This document shows, piece by piece, positions 38,435 to 52,638 of a stretch of DNA of 64,000 bases (positions are counted from its first letter, which is position 1; each line of letters starts with the position of its first letter). The position numbers and the translations under genes are program-made. Source of the stretch: Oikopleura dioica (Eukaryota > Animalia > Chordata); assembly GCA_907165135.1 (NCBI GenBank), contig OU015569.1:4278001-4342000 (forward strand), in the 5' to 3' direction. The notes beneath the pieces were generated by a model that searched no databases, was not told the origin of the DNA, and saw nothing but the letters and a program-made list of their open reading frames with translations.

Positions 38435-38475
38435 ATTTTTCTCTTTTGGTTAGAAACTAAAATGGGTTTGGCTCC

Positions 38476-38483
38476 TTTATATA
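38476..38483 (-). promoter_or_regulatory. TATA box of the CIA30-family gene
   Basis: TATATAAA on the minus strand, about 42 bp upstream of the ATG at 38434. Confidence 0.55.
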
Positions 38484-38708
38484 GCTCCAGGCAGGTAGAT
38501 TTTTCGAATAGGTTGAAAATTTCAAGGAATTGTTACGTAATGAGCGCATAATTTCTTGAGCTGCACCCACACCACCACGCCACCACCCACTTCTTCTTCT
38601 GAACTATTTAAACCTCTCCCAAGTAGGCATCAAAATTGGTCAGAATGCGAACAAAGATGAAACAACTGAGCGTTTGAGGGGCAAAGAATGCCAAATATAT
38701 TACAACTT

Positions 38709-41700
38709 CTAACAGAATTTTGCTGCTTTCAAGAATGATTTCACAATCTTTTTGTCAAGTAGAACGTCCACTGGAATCGTTTGCAGGGAGCAGGACATCA
38801 TGAATTTGGATTTCTTTGTTATTTTCATGGAGAAGAAACCCGGTGGAAGAGTTGTGGTTGGGTTTCCTTTGAAATCGAAATTAGCGAGTGCTCGGTTTTG
38901 CGAGAATAAGTCAGATGGGAACTCAGTAAACTGGTTGTTTGCAAGGTTTAGATTCGTAAGAGCTCGTAAGTGAGACAAGAGCTCACGAAGCTCCTCCCCG
39001 TCGGAAAGATTGTTATTCGCCAAGCTCAAAGAGGCGATCTGTTCTTTTCGAATAGTCGAGACTTCGTCGCCGTTAGTTCTCAGCCGGATGAAATTGCCAA
39101 CGTGCAAGTCTTGAATGATTGACTTGAGGCCCGAAAGTTCGAGATTAGCGCAGCTAACGAACTCGCCTAGAAGAAGAAAATTAGTTCCGTGGAGTACTCT
39201 ATCGAAATACCTCCGCCTTTCTTCTTCTTTCGCAAAAAGTCTGATGCCCGAGCCATTCCCTTGGTGCAATGAACAGCATTTGAAGTTTCGTCTTTGATGT
39301 CAATAATGCCACTTCGCTTGATCATACTTAGCGTTCCCATTCCCTAGAAATGCGCTTTTAGCATTTGAAAACCTCTAATTTTACTTACGCAAATTTGCAT
39401 GCCGCTGCCATCCAAAAAGAATTCGAGAGCAATTTCGCCGCTGCCAGTATAGGCACCAGAAACTCCTAAGTCGGTGAATTTAGCAAGACCATCTTGATCA
39501 ACGGTCACTGTAGTTTGGCCTGTTAAAACAACGCCATGGACTGAGTTAATAACATCTTTCTCACTTCTGTTCTTTTTGGCGGTCTAAATAGATGGTCACT
39601 ATCAAAAATAAGGATTAATTTCAGAAGATGACGTGAAACTAACATTTATGATGCAAGGTTAGTAATCATTAGTGAATCTGCACATAGATAAAATAATTTC
39701 ATGTTAGGTTTTCTAACAAGAAACATCGCAGTATTCTCAGTATCGGTATTCCGAATTCCGCATTTTTTAATTCACAAACCAAATGTTAGTCGGTTGTCCG
39801 AACTCTAACAAAAAATACCTTCGACGTGCTACATTGGCCTGTGGCATCTTGTGACTCTAGCCCCAATGCTCTGAGCATTTTACAAAAAGGCGAGTCTACA
39901 AGTTTTCTCTAAATAAGCTGTTTAAAAATTGTCTTGTACGAACCTTTCGGAATTGTTTCCTAGAAATTTCTTGAACCTGGGTATCTGCGGATACAAGCTT
40001 GACACTGATTGATAATCCGTTAACAACCACTCGCGCTCCATTTTCGTCAAGAACTTGGAGCCAAGGTTGTGTTGCGAATGTTTCGCCAATCTTCAGTTCA
40101 AGCTCGGGCTGTCGGAAAATTGACAGATCTGTTGGCATCGAAACGGTCTTTGACGACATTCCATCAAAAGGATTGAAGACATCTTCAGATCTCATGTCAT
40201 CGTGTACGACATGTTCCTCTTGATCAACACCGTTGACAGAGATTTGAACAACCTCCAAGTTCAGTTTTTCCTTCATCTCAGATTTTATTGTGCACACCGT
40301 CTTTGCTTCAATTATCTTAAATAATTGATAATTGAATGAAAATTTAAAAGACTACCTTTCGCTGGAGATCATTAAGACTTTCCATATCAAGGTCATCATT
40401 GAATCCCATTGATCGTGCAGTTGGTCCTCCCATAGACGCCATGGATCCAACTTCGAATGTTAACTTCGCAGCATTGGAGCCAATGCTTCTTCTACGGCGA
40501 GTAGATGACTGACCGATATTGACCACTTTGACGTTCTTGTCTGAAACTCCAAGAATAGACGCAAGAATAGGACCCAGTGATTTCTGCGAATAAAGTTCTT
40601 CCGGCGTCATTTCCATGACTGTGTCCATATTGATGATCAGTGTTTGAGAAGTTTTCAAAACGAGATCTGAAATAAAGATGAGCCTTTTAAACTGAAAAGT
40701 AACTTTACCTTCGTTGCCCCGAATGGCCAAATGAAGAGTCATAGCATTTCTGTCGAAGTAGTTCGCTCCGTGTTGAAGTAAAACACCGTCGTCAATGTTA
40801 GGAATGAATCTTGGATCGGGGAACATGTACGTGAAACTGCCTCCCTTATCTAGCTGCGCATTGGTGGGTCGCACAAGCATACCGCCTCGATAGACTTCTA
40901 TGCGCTGCATTCTGCCAACAAAGAGAGAAATTGTTATGAAATCATCATCATCTGCCATTGGCATAATAATGCGATTAGTAAGAGGCAAAGTTCCTGTGAA
41001 AGCGACTTCGTAATGATGATCAGCAGCGAGAATCGTGTGGTAAAGACTAGGCCTGTCCACTGAAGCGTATCCGTGGTCACCCTTGTAAGATCCAGGACCA
41101 TTGATCAAATCAATGTAGCCAGTATCGGATCTTACTCCTAGTGGGCCAATTCTACGATCAGTAGTGTCTTTGTCAAGAGACTCAAAAACAACGAGCTCGT
41201 GCTTGATTCCAGCGCAAATATCCAAAAGCCACGAATCATCACGAATACAACTTCCATCGCGAATAATACCCTTATTTGGTGCCCACAAAGTAACATCTTT
41301 TTCGTGCCGTCGTCTTCAGTCAGCATGGAGAATGGAATTCGATAGTCGCCCAGACCTCTTCTGGGATCTCCATTCCACTCAAAGTCGGACTGAGCAACCA
41401 TTGTTACTGGGAAACCACGGCCACTTGTGCTTCCGTCGTCATAGATCAGTACTTTTTTGCCTCCATCACAGTCCATGTCTCCGCATTGCATTTTTTCCTC
41501 GCTCATAATCGAAAGAATATTCGGGCGGTGGATGAAAAAACGATTTGTATCTGTGACTTCGATCATAGCATTTCGCTCCATAACGATCGGATGCATGTAC
41601 TCAGCCATATCCGGGTTGGTTCGAACTGCAATGTTACTGACGCCGCATCTGCTACCAAAAGAGGCAAAAACATTGTCATTAACACACGAGCTTCCGACAA

Positions 41701-44700
41701 TTTGAGGATGGTTCTGAACAAAGTTCCAAGTTTCAAGTGGCGCTCTGGTCTTCGATCCAATAATATTAGTTATCATGAATCCAGTAAAGCCTCCATTATG
41801 ACGAGGCGCTCTTAGGAGAGAAGTTTTGTCGAAATATGGAATGACACCAGGAGTCAATTGTGCCATATTTGATGAGCAGTCAAAGCTGTCCGACATTCCT
41901 CCGATGAGCGAATTTCGGATTTTGGCAGACTTATAAATCAATTCATGTTCTGTTGGTTCTGGATCAATAATGATTGGCAAGATACCGATAGGATTATCAA
42001 ATGTAATAACGCCCTCGATAATTAAACTTGATGGTGACTGGAGATAGAAGCCGTAGTCATAATTGCGGTACGAAGCTATGTTTGTCACAAGTGAACAATC
42101 TTCGCGGGACAAAAGCCAAATAACGACTCCGTTGTGGGTACCATGAGCGTGATTCAATCTCGACTGATCAATAGTAACATTTCTATTGGGGCAACCAACC
42201 GATTGCTCGCCGGCGGGACAGGCATCACCTCGAAGACGAATACCAAAGCCCTCCACGCCAGCAACACGGTTAGACTCAAAAACGATAGTACTCAAAGCGT
42301 CGTCAAGTCTAATACCGGAAGCGTAGGCTCCCTCAAAGCGAGTCCCATCAAGATCAGCACCACCTTCAGTAGCCAAAAGTCCATTTAACGTGTTTATGAC
42401 CATATTTCCTCTGAGAATGTTGCCTTGGCCGGCACCAGCAACTCGAATAGCGTCGTTAATAGTTCGATGTAAGATGTTGTTTTCCACAAGCACATTGAAG
42501 CTGTTAATAATACCAATAGCTGTGACAAAACTATCGCGGAAAGCACAGTTGGAAACTCTTGAAACCTCGGTTGTTCCATAAAAAGCAACGGCGTACCTCG
42601 GATCAGGTGTATCGGTATATCCGAACTGACCAAAATTCACAAACTCAATATTTGATAAAATGGCTTTTGTTCGTCCAGCGTTGTTTTCATTTTTGTTGAC
42701 AAGAAGACGAGCGCCGAATTTCTCTTGATTATTTTCAGCAATGAATTTGATATTTCTATTGAGCAGACCGACTTCAGCGGAGACGGTAAAATCGATCCCA
42801 TCATATTGAGAAGCGGAAGCATCATGGAAATGAGCAAGTGGCGATGCCAACTCAATTTTGTTTCCGTGAACTGACTGAATAACGCACTCTTCTGATTCAC
42901 TTCCATCGAAGCTCGTGGAGGCAATGACAATTTCATCGCCTTCACTCCAAGTTACAGAACGATCAACAACGATGGAAGTCATTCCAGCAGAGGCGGGTTC
43001 AAGAAGTTGAGCCTGTGCCATAGCTTGACAACCGTATATTTCCGCGATTCCATAAACAACAAATGCCTTCTTTCCAACAGCTGGGATTTTGTTCTTGATG
43101 AAAACTTCGTTGTTGACATTACTCCTAATATTGAACTCGATCGAGTGCCCACAAGGGAACGGCGACTGCTCAGTACCAATTATGAGTTTGCCGTTTACAA
43201 CTACATTGTCGACATTGATTGTATAGTCAAGATCTGGCATGAACTCTAATGTTCCATCAATTATCAGATCCTCAGCGAAAATCGTTGCATTATCAAGAAA
43301 GACATGTCGATCCACCGGAATATGAATATTCCCGCCGTCAGCAGTTGGACTTCGCCAGCAATCTGGGTCGCTGAAGACACACGTCTGTTGGTTCATGAAC
43401 ATTTCCTGTTTTGATAGGATAACTTCCTCGGCAGAGTCGTCTTGCTTGTTCTTGACCTCAAACTCAACATGAACTGTTCGCCCGACAAGTTCTGTTGGAG
43501 CAATAGATCCAGAACGCTGCTGGCCACGTCCAGAAATAACAAAAGCCACTTCGCCGGTTGCTGTGTCAACACTAGTATCAAGATTGTCCGATTCTTCTGA
43601 GAGTACATCGGCAAAGTTTGTCGCCATTCTCTCGGAAACTTGAAGATGTTCAATCTTGTCCGTAAAAGCACGTTTCATGATGACATGATCGTCTTCTTGA
43701 AAGTAATAGAAATCGGCGACGAAAGAAAGGTTTGAAAGCGCGTTAAATCCCTCGAAAACATATTCATGGTCTTCTCCCTCAAGAACCATTCCAGTGTAGC
43801 CTCTTGGGTGAACGATGCGTAGGCTTCTCCAGGGAGTCAGCGAACTACCATATTTATTTCGAACGATAAAATTGGCCCCGTTGAGGAATTGTGGTGCAAG
43901 TTCGTTCATACCAAATTTCTTCAATTTAACACTGGCATCACAAATGGTGGCATTTACTTCTCCAAAATTGAATTCGTTTAAGCCAGAGGAGTCACATTTA
44001 TCCGGAGGGAGAATTCCAGACTCTGTAAGCAAATGAACTTCTTCGTTGCGACCAGTAAGTGTACCGTCTAAGTCGTGGAAATCGTATTCATGCTCCCAAG
44101 CAAAAGTGACCTTTCTTGGCGAGTTGTGCCACTCGATATTGCTGAACTGCGCTTGATTTGCACAGTCAGTTCTATACGCTCGGTAGCATGGATTGATTGC
44201 AATACATGTTTCATTGAAGTTAAAGAATTTGAGGCCGTCAACGGTAAATGCGCCGAGTTTCCATGGAGTCTCTAGACCCGCTTTTTGCTTATAGCATTCT
44301 TTTGTCATAATGTTTGATTTTCCAATAATAACGGAATCCTTAATCAATAGACCTTCATCTCCAAAGACATCTAATTTTGTTTCCATAAACGACAGATCGG
44401 CGAGTTTGTTATCTGCAGCAATGAAGTCAATGAATTGAGTGGCAGTGACGAAAACACCTTCAGCGCCACGTTTATTACCCCAAGCTGTGAATCTTCTGAA
44501 CTTAGCCGGTTCGAAGAACATTTTGGGATCCAAGGAACAGTCTCCGCCTGGCACAGGAGTGAAAATTGGATAGAGCCAAAGTCCAAATAACCCGTTCGAA
44601 TGCGCTACATTGTCATCGAATCGACCTAGAGGCACTTTTTGTGGACAGTAAGTTCTTGTGAAGCTCGGTCCAGTTGGCCTCTTTGGTGGGTTCATCCAGA

Positions 44701-47700
44701 AACCATTGTGACTTCCACCAACAGCATGATTGCCGACCCATTCATTATTCGGATTGGTCATCCAAAAGCCAGATGCCCAAATGTCGGTCGAGAGAAGTGA
44801 TGTTGACGTTCGAATACCAATCGCCAAATTGTTGTAAATTCTGTTTTCTGTTTCAATACCGTCCTCGATGAAGAAACCATGTCCCTTGACATGGAAAGCA
44901 GTGTTGCGTTGAGCAAGAAGACGATGTACTCCGTGGAATGTAAGCGCTCGATTAAATGTGTGATGAATGGCACAGTCCTTGACGAAGGATTGTTGCTGAT
45001 CGCCGACAAGATGGAAGTGCACCGGGTATCTTCCGAGTTCAAAAGCTTGGCCGGCGTTAAAAACCTCGACATTTGACATGCGAACTTGTTTAGTTCCTGG
45101 ACCAAAATGAAGTGTGGATCCAAACTCGTCTGAACCTACTTCTTCTCCAAAGCGGCCTTGGAAACAGGTCTGAATTTCGAACATATTATCTTCGGCTTCG
45201 ATCTCGCATGATTGAATTTCTTGGGCCCATGAGGTGTCCATATTTCCAGAAATGCGGACATTTCTCGTCAAAAGACCTACTTCAGCTCTCATGTCAAGAG
45301 TCTTGCCGCCCCATTCTGAAATTTCACCCAAATGTCTGTGCGCAACTTCTCGGTCCAATTTGATCATGTTCGACCTTTCATCAATTTTCACGATAGAGAA
45401 CATTTCATTCTCATCAACAGTGTCGATTCCACCAGTAGAAGCAATAACTATCTCCCCACCGATTGGCCAATCACTGATATCGTCTTTAAGTTTTATCCAG
45501 GTAGTTCCGGGGACAATAGTCTCAACCAGCTGAGTCCAAGGGTTGGCAATAGGTCGTCCGTGCATCTCCAAGGATCCATCGTGAATAGCCATAAATTTTG
45601 CTCCGTAGAGTGGAAGCCGTGCACTACGGCGATGGCCATATAGCTCGATATGAGCTTCTTTCATAAAAGGAGAGTTTTCGCTTCCTATTTGGACATGACC
45701 GCCGTTCGTAACAAGAATGTAATGAGCGCGGAGAGTAAGATCTTTCTCGCGATCAAAGTGGAGGGTTCCTCCATTGACTATCAAAACCAGAAGTAATGGA
45801 GTAGATGTGTCTAGCAAAAGATCAGAGCCATCCATGATTTCAACGATTTCACCATCTTGTGGCATGCATTCGGTTAAATCTTGATCTTCTTGGCATCCCC
45901 AGCTAGCTGGATTAGACCATTCATTGACATACCAGTATTGGACCAAATCATTTTGTTTGCCGAGAGCAGCAACATTAACTGTAACAGGGAGAACTTCCGA
46001 CTTAGATGCAGCAGATGTGACGCAAACAATTTGATCAGAGTTTACTGAGGCGATTTCGCACTCATACTCACCGAAGTGCACAGTGACTGGCTCTTCGAAA
46101 TTATTACCGTGAATAGTAACTTCTGTTCCACCAGTGGTTTGACCTCTACTTGGTGTTATTTCGAAAACGTTTGGAGTTCTGTCGTTTCGATATTTATATT
46201 TTGTACGAGTACTGTCTTCTAAGAACCCGTTTCGAACAATCACTGTGCACGAATCCGAGCTTGACATAGCAGGTGTTTCGCAAACATACAGTTGACTCTC
46301 ACCAGATTCTAGGCTGATAAACTCGCAAGGATTTCCACACAAGTCAATTTCGGATGATTCCGTAAGTCCTGTCCCAGAAATAGTCAATCGCTGCCCTCCA
46401 CCAATACTTCCAGAAATAGGAGCGAAGTTAGATACATCGAGGTTAAAGTTAACAACAACAGTAGTTTTACCATGGCCAAACAAGTCATCGAAAATTTCAA
46501 CGATATGATCCCCAGCAGCAGCAAATGGAGCACGACACTTTACAACAGTTTTGTCGCATTCCACAATTTCGCAATCACTACCACCGAGCATTATCTGCGG
46601 ATTCTTGTTCGTACATCTGAAATTGCTTCCAGTGATCTGAAGAAGATCTCCACCCGAGATGCTTTTGTTTGGTGAGCAACTTGTGACAACAGGGGAGAGT
46701 GACCGGCGGTAGGTGTACTGAATAGGAGGCCAGTTTACGATGCCGTCTTCGGCAACCATGGTAAGACGAATTGATGCAACATTGAGATCGGCATCATCCG
46801 AATTCTTTAGTTTCGGAATTGTGAGAACCAGTTCGTCTGAAGTAGATGAAATAATCTGAGTCGTTTCACGAATGATTCCAACATTGTCCCAGCTAACACG
46901 CATTGTTGATTTTTCGCCGAAACCGAGACCTCGAATCGTAACCGTATTGCCACCATAAACCGAACCACTTGAAGGAGAAATCTCTTTAATTTCTGGATTG
47001 AGGGTAACCAAACTATTCGAGCGATCTGTACTTCCGGCAAGACCATAAACAGACGAAAGAAGATTCGGAAAGTACTCACCGGCGGGTACTCTTGTTGCTT
47101 CACAAACAACTTTTACAGATGAGACTTCGACGTTATCGCATGCAAAATCACCGATTCCAATAATCACTGCGCCGTCGAAACCTTTTCCAAAGATTGTGAT
47201 TTCGTTACCATCTCGAGTTACACTGTCAATCATCGGAGTTCTTTGCTCATCATAGTGATAGACGAGGTCTTCTACTGTCGCAATAGGATCTCCCTTGTAC
47301 GTCACAGTAACAAGTGTTCTTCCATCAATCTCGTCTCCACTTGGAAATGGAACAATCACCATAATTCCCCCGTAAAGAACGGATAGAATTCTAGCCTCTG
47401 TGTTTCCAAACAAAACTCTTAGATCTTCAGTGTCAGCTGCAAAATCAAGTGCTTCTCCTCTTACTTCAATCACTTGGCCACCAAACATTGATCCCGATCG
47501 TGGTTTCAAACTCTTAGCAGTAGGAACAACTGTAATACACTGATCCACACTTGATCGAATGATTACTCCTCCAACGCGCGAAATATCAATGTTCAATCCA
47601 CAAAGATCACCAGGGGGCATAGAAAATTCGTGTTCGAGCTGGCATGTGATTACAGACGATTTTTTCGAGCTTCTTGAGAGTGTTTCGAGTTCAAAATCAT

Positions 47701-50700
47701 CCATGTCAGGGTCGTTTTGGTTAATATCCAAGTTGCAGTTGTATCCACCAATGCTGATCGTCATGCAGTTTATGTGTTCGATCAAACCTGACGCTTCTAT
47801 CTTTACAATACCGCCCGGTCGAAGGACTTTTGGGCTCATTGACTCGACAACTGGAGTTTGGTCAAAACTGAAGCTGTGACTGACGATGTCTTTGCTGAAT
47901 GTCGACACTGTCAAAACATCGCTCGATAATTCATTGCAGCTATCTTTGGAAGTGGAGAACACAAGGTCGATAAGCTTGTGTTCAGCAATTTGGTCCCCAA
48001 TAAAAACTGTCACTTCGGACTCCTCATTAGATGACTGCTCTTCAACGATGATAGTGCCGGTCAATGCGAGACTTTCTGAGCTTTCGATAAAACCTGAAGA
48101 GTAAAAGTACGTTCCCGGAGTGAGAAAATCGAAACTCCACTCGCCAGACTCGCCAACGAATTTTGGCGATTGGAAACCAACTCCGTTGTATTCGACTCTG
48201 CCTTCTGATGCAGTCTGTTGAATTCGGAACTTTGGAGTCTCATTTCCAGTTAGTTTTAAGTTCCATCGCCATGTAACTCGCTCGCCAAGCGCAATCACAA
48301 GAGATCGTGGAGTCCATGAAGCCATTGGCATTCCAGCAATAGTGGCCACGCCATTTTCAACAATATGTTCTTTGACACCACTTTGTGTCTCACAAAGAAT
48401 AGTATTTGACGAAACGCTCTTGATGGTGCAGTCGGTTTCGCCAATTTTAACTTCTGTTTTGCCTTCCGCAAAACCAAAACCCTTGATTGTAAGAAGAGCT
48501 CCACCAGCAATACTCGATACTTTTGGGAGAACAGAACTGACTTCAAGAACGTAGCTTAGATCTTTTGAGTTCTCGGAGTTTCCGTTTTCGTTAACAATGA
48601 TGACTTCATGTGTGCCTATTTCATTGCTTGGAGCGAGAACAACTATTTCAGAATCATCAAATTCAACGATTTCGGCTTCTCTATCTCCAACGAAAACCTT
48701 TTCGACATTTCCGAATCTCGATCCAACTAAAACCATTCGCTCTCCCCCAGCAACACCAACAGAATCTCGAGAAATGTCAGCAATTGAAGCAGAGATATTC
48801 TCAGCAGATGATACACTCAATTCAGTATCGTCTCCATTAATCTCAATCGCATAAGTTCCGGCATCCAGAGCAGGAGCTCGACATTGGATTTTTGAAAACT
48901 CAACGAGAACATGTTCACAGGGTTGGCCATTTATTCTGACTTCTGTTTCATCATTGAGGCCGGCACCTTCTACTGTCAAGACTCCTCCTCCTCCGACGCC
49001 AATAACTTGAGGAGACACACTGTTTAGTACAGATTTAACAGTAACGAAGAACTCCCCAGCAGAGTACCCGAACTGTTCACTGTATGCTCGGACACGAACT
49101 TTTCCCGAAACTTCAGGGAGATTGAAAATAATCTCTTCGTCAGATACGCTAATAAGTGGCGACGCTGATCCTCCCACGATTATCTGTGTATTCTTGTTGA
49201 AATTTGTTCCCGTTATTTTGTAAGATCCGTCTTCTAATTTATCCAAACTAGCGATAGTCATTGTTTGCTTCTCCAACCAGGCGTAGTCACAATCAATCGA
49301 TGTTCTTGGGAAGCATACGGCAGAAACTCCAGCGACACTAATATCGAATTTTGGCTGTGGCGAAATCTGACGAACGTAATCGCCATTTAGGAATGGTATT
49401 CGTAGACCACCATCGTTAACGGTTATCGACCTTGTTCGAATACTCATACCAGTAACGGCAACATTGTCAAGCTCGATTTGTTCTTTGTCGCCAGATGAGT
49501 TCCAGATAATAACCCAACTATAGCCGTCCATGCATGTTCCAAACTTTTTGACCGTAGCAGCACCAAACTCGTGCCCAAAAACAGCAGTAAGTCGTTGTTT
49601 CAGGTGATTTGCAGTCCACCCAACTCCAGCGGAAAGAATTTTGTTCTTGTACTTGAGATCGAAGTTTCCATCTACTCCAGGACTTACTTTTGATCGTCGG
49701 TCAACTGTTGCAGAGAATCCGGAAAAGGTGTACAGATGTGTCAATGGGTTTTTGATCATTTCGAATTTGACTGGATCAACAAGTTTGATGAGAGGAATAT
49801 CAAGCCCGCAATCGTTGGTCTCAAAGAAGAGGCGAAGTGTTGGACGACCGGATACGTTTGTCCACTCAGCGCGGATTTTCGGAATGTAACCACTTGGACG
49901 TGCGCCGATTTCACTCTGCTCGACATGGAAATGGCCTTCGACCTTACCAATTACAAATTCATCAATGTAAGCGGTCTTCTCATTTTGATTGTTCGCAGTG
50001 AAATCGAGTTGTTTTAAGAGAATAACGGAGTTAGAACCCACTTTCCTCTTCAGGAACTGATCATTGTTGATGAATTCTGTAATAATATTCCAGCATCTGT
50101 ATTTCCACGTGTCTGTATGATCGAGCCCAAAAGAATAGCTTCTTACACCCTTCCAATTGGAAGCTTCCATAGTTAATTGAATTTTATCACCAATGGCTCC
50201 TTTGTACGCAAAGCAAATGTTCGGATTCAGATTCAAGTCAATGGGTGCGACATCAGAGTATCTTCGCGCATCGAAGAACTTAAGACGCTGAGTATTGAGC
50301 GCAACTGCTTTAGAACCACAGTAAGGCTCTGATTCTGACGTATACCAGTTCCATGGATAGACCGAATTTTTTTCGCCGCCATTTCGAAATGCCTCTCGAA
50401 TGTTTCCAGTATCTGCACATTCATTTTTAGAGAGAAGGTTCAGCTCTCGAGAAATTTGCTCCTCGCTACTTGTTGGCGTCAATGTATTTGTTCGACGGCC
50501 ATCTAGCTCGAGTACAAAGCTGATTTCATCAGGAGAAGACTGATCGAAAGAAATATCTTGGACTTCTTGTTGTGCGAAATCTTTGATTTCAATTTCTTGC
50601 GTCTCAAACACATAGTCGAATGTTGACTGTTTGTCGCCTTCAGCAGAGTGGAAAAGCGCGCCAATGTTGACGAAACCAGAGCTCCATTTGGTATGAATGG

Positions 50701-52638
50701 CTTCAGCTCGTAAATAAATGGGCTCTCCTTCTTCTAAGAAAATTTTCGACATTATTCCCTGTTTGAATGAGCCATGGAAGTCCCTTGGACTTTGTGAGTT
50801 CTTAATGAGCGAAACGAGATCAGCATTGGAGCTACACGCGTTTGAAGAAACAAATAGTCTTCCTTCATCGCTAGCAGCCACTTGGAAGGAGTAGAAACCA
50901 CTTTCCTTAGGTACAAAGACGCCTTCCAAATGAACCGTAAACTCTTGTGCGTCTTGTTCATACATTGAAGAGTCAACGTCAACAAAACTCGGCGTTCTTA
51001 TGAGATGGTCCCAGACATCAGATTGCGCGATGTCCCAGACTTTAGCTACAAACCCTTTCTGTCCTGGATAACCGCACTCATCGTGAACTGGTGCTTTTGG
51101 AGCTGCCAAGACGACGCTATCTTTGCGAATGTCCGTAATTGTTGCCTTTTCGCCACCAATTGTTACTGAGGTCATTTCCTCACTGAAAGGGCCTCCTGCA
51201 ATTGTGATCATGTTTCCTCCGATGAGTCCACCACTTCTCTTCGAAATATTATCAACTCTTGGTGTCAACTGAAAATTGAATATTTGTACATCGTTGCCCA
51301 CAGCTGTATACAGGTCCGTTTTAGAGGTACTTTCTCCGTTGAATGTCGTCGAAAAGGTGACATTGACATTTCCAACGTAGGAGGTCTTGATCTTGCACCG
51401 GATGAAACCATCGTTGAAACTGGTCAAGGAAATTGAAGGAGAGCCTTCGATATCGTCAAGCTCGCAAATTCCAACGTTTCGTCCAAGAGCATCGACAAAC
51501 CTAGGTTGGCTTCGAAGATAATTTTCACCTTCTTCTACACTGCCTGTTTGAGAGCACTCTTCATCCTCATCTAATGCGCAACGATCTTGCAGATATGCGT
51601 CGGTAAAGATTCTTCCTTTGATTGTTATAATATCTCCATTGGATCCATAATTAGCCGGTTCAATTTCTTTGATCAAGGGGACAAAGTTCGAGAGAGCCTG
51701 GACCTTACAAATACGACACGGTTTTCCAAATCCGTTCTCACCGATTTCACGGCCGTTTGTGAAAACCTTCAGAAAATAACTTCCATCGGATGGAAACTCC
51801 TCTGTAGTGCATACAATCTGGCTGTCTTTTTTGGGGTCGAGATAAATATTTTGCCAGTTAATTCTTTAAATTTGACCTCCATCTTAATTTTATGCTGGAT
51901 ATTATTTCGACCCGCTTCCTGTAGTGTAGTATCTAATAACATTGCATCTGACTTCATCTCGTCCAGAATTAAAAGTGACTGCGTATTGAGTTTGGTCATA
52001 CTGCGTCGCTCGCGCTAGCTTCTTCGAAGCTTCGCTCATTCCTTCGAGCTCTTCGTCCGTAATTGGAGCCGTCTTTTGAGCTAGGTTGCAACCCTCGATA
52101 GTTATAAGTACTCCGGCTTGTCTACTAATGCGAGCAGGTCGGACAAGATCGATAACTGGTCTATTGTTGAAGCAGTTGCCGGAAGAGGAGGCGAACGAGA
52201 CATCTTCTTCCATCCGAAATCCTCCGTCTTCTTCTTCCTCTTCCTCGGCCCAATACGTGATGTCTTCGACAACATCATCGACAACAAGCTGATAGCGTCC
52301 AGGACTGGGCCATTGTTTTATATTGCATCTAACTTCCTTTTTTCCTTTACTAAATCAAATGGTATTAAAACTTTACTATCGATGTAGAACTACTGTCTAC
52401 CTCAGTAATACTCTCTACCAGGTAAATTCCTGACTTACCTGAAAATATTGCACTTGACATCTTCCAACGTTTCAGATCGAAAGACAACCTCATCCACTCT
52501 CGGCAAATTCGCGCCATAGATGGTCAGAATTCCGCTGCCGCCGTAAATGGGATAGATCCCTTCAATGGGGCTCCCATAGTAGCTGGAGACTAGAAATGAA
52601 AGTAAGAAGAATATGTTCTCTGAATTCTGAAAAAACAT
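38709..52638 (-). CDS. PKHD1L1: Fibrocystin-L (PKHD1L1)-like giant protein (IPT/TIG, PA14, G8, PbH1), with in-frame C-terminal LRR exons
   Basis: 3512-aa ORF with many IPT repeats (SGSIGGGQRLTISG), two G8 domains, GQAFELGRYPVHFH, AIHHTFNRALTFHG and FWMTNPNN. One frameshift in the T-run at 41298-41302. 3' exons join in frame to ORF 38709-39269. The start codon is uncertain. Confidence 0.9.

Noticed and set aside
41164-50985. Many short ORFs overlapping fibrocystin-L on either strand
   Set aside because: Shadow ORFs of the long coding exon, with no independent motifs or splice signals.
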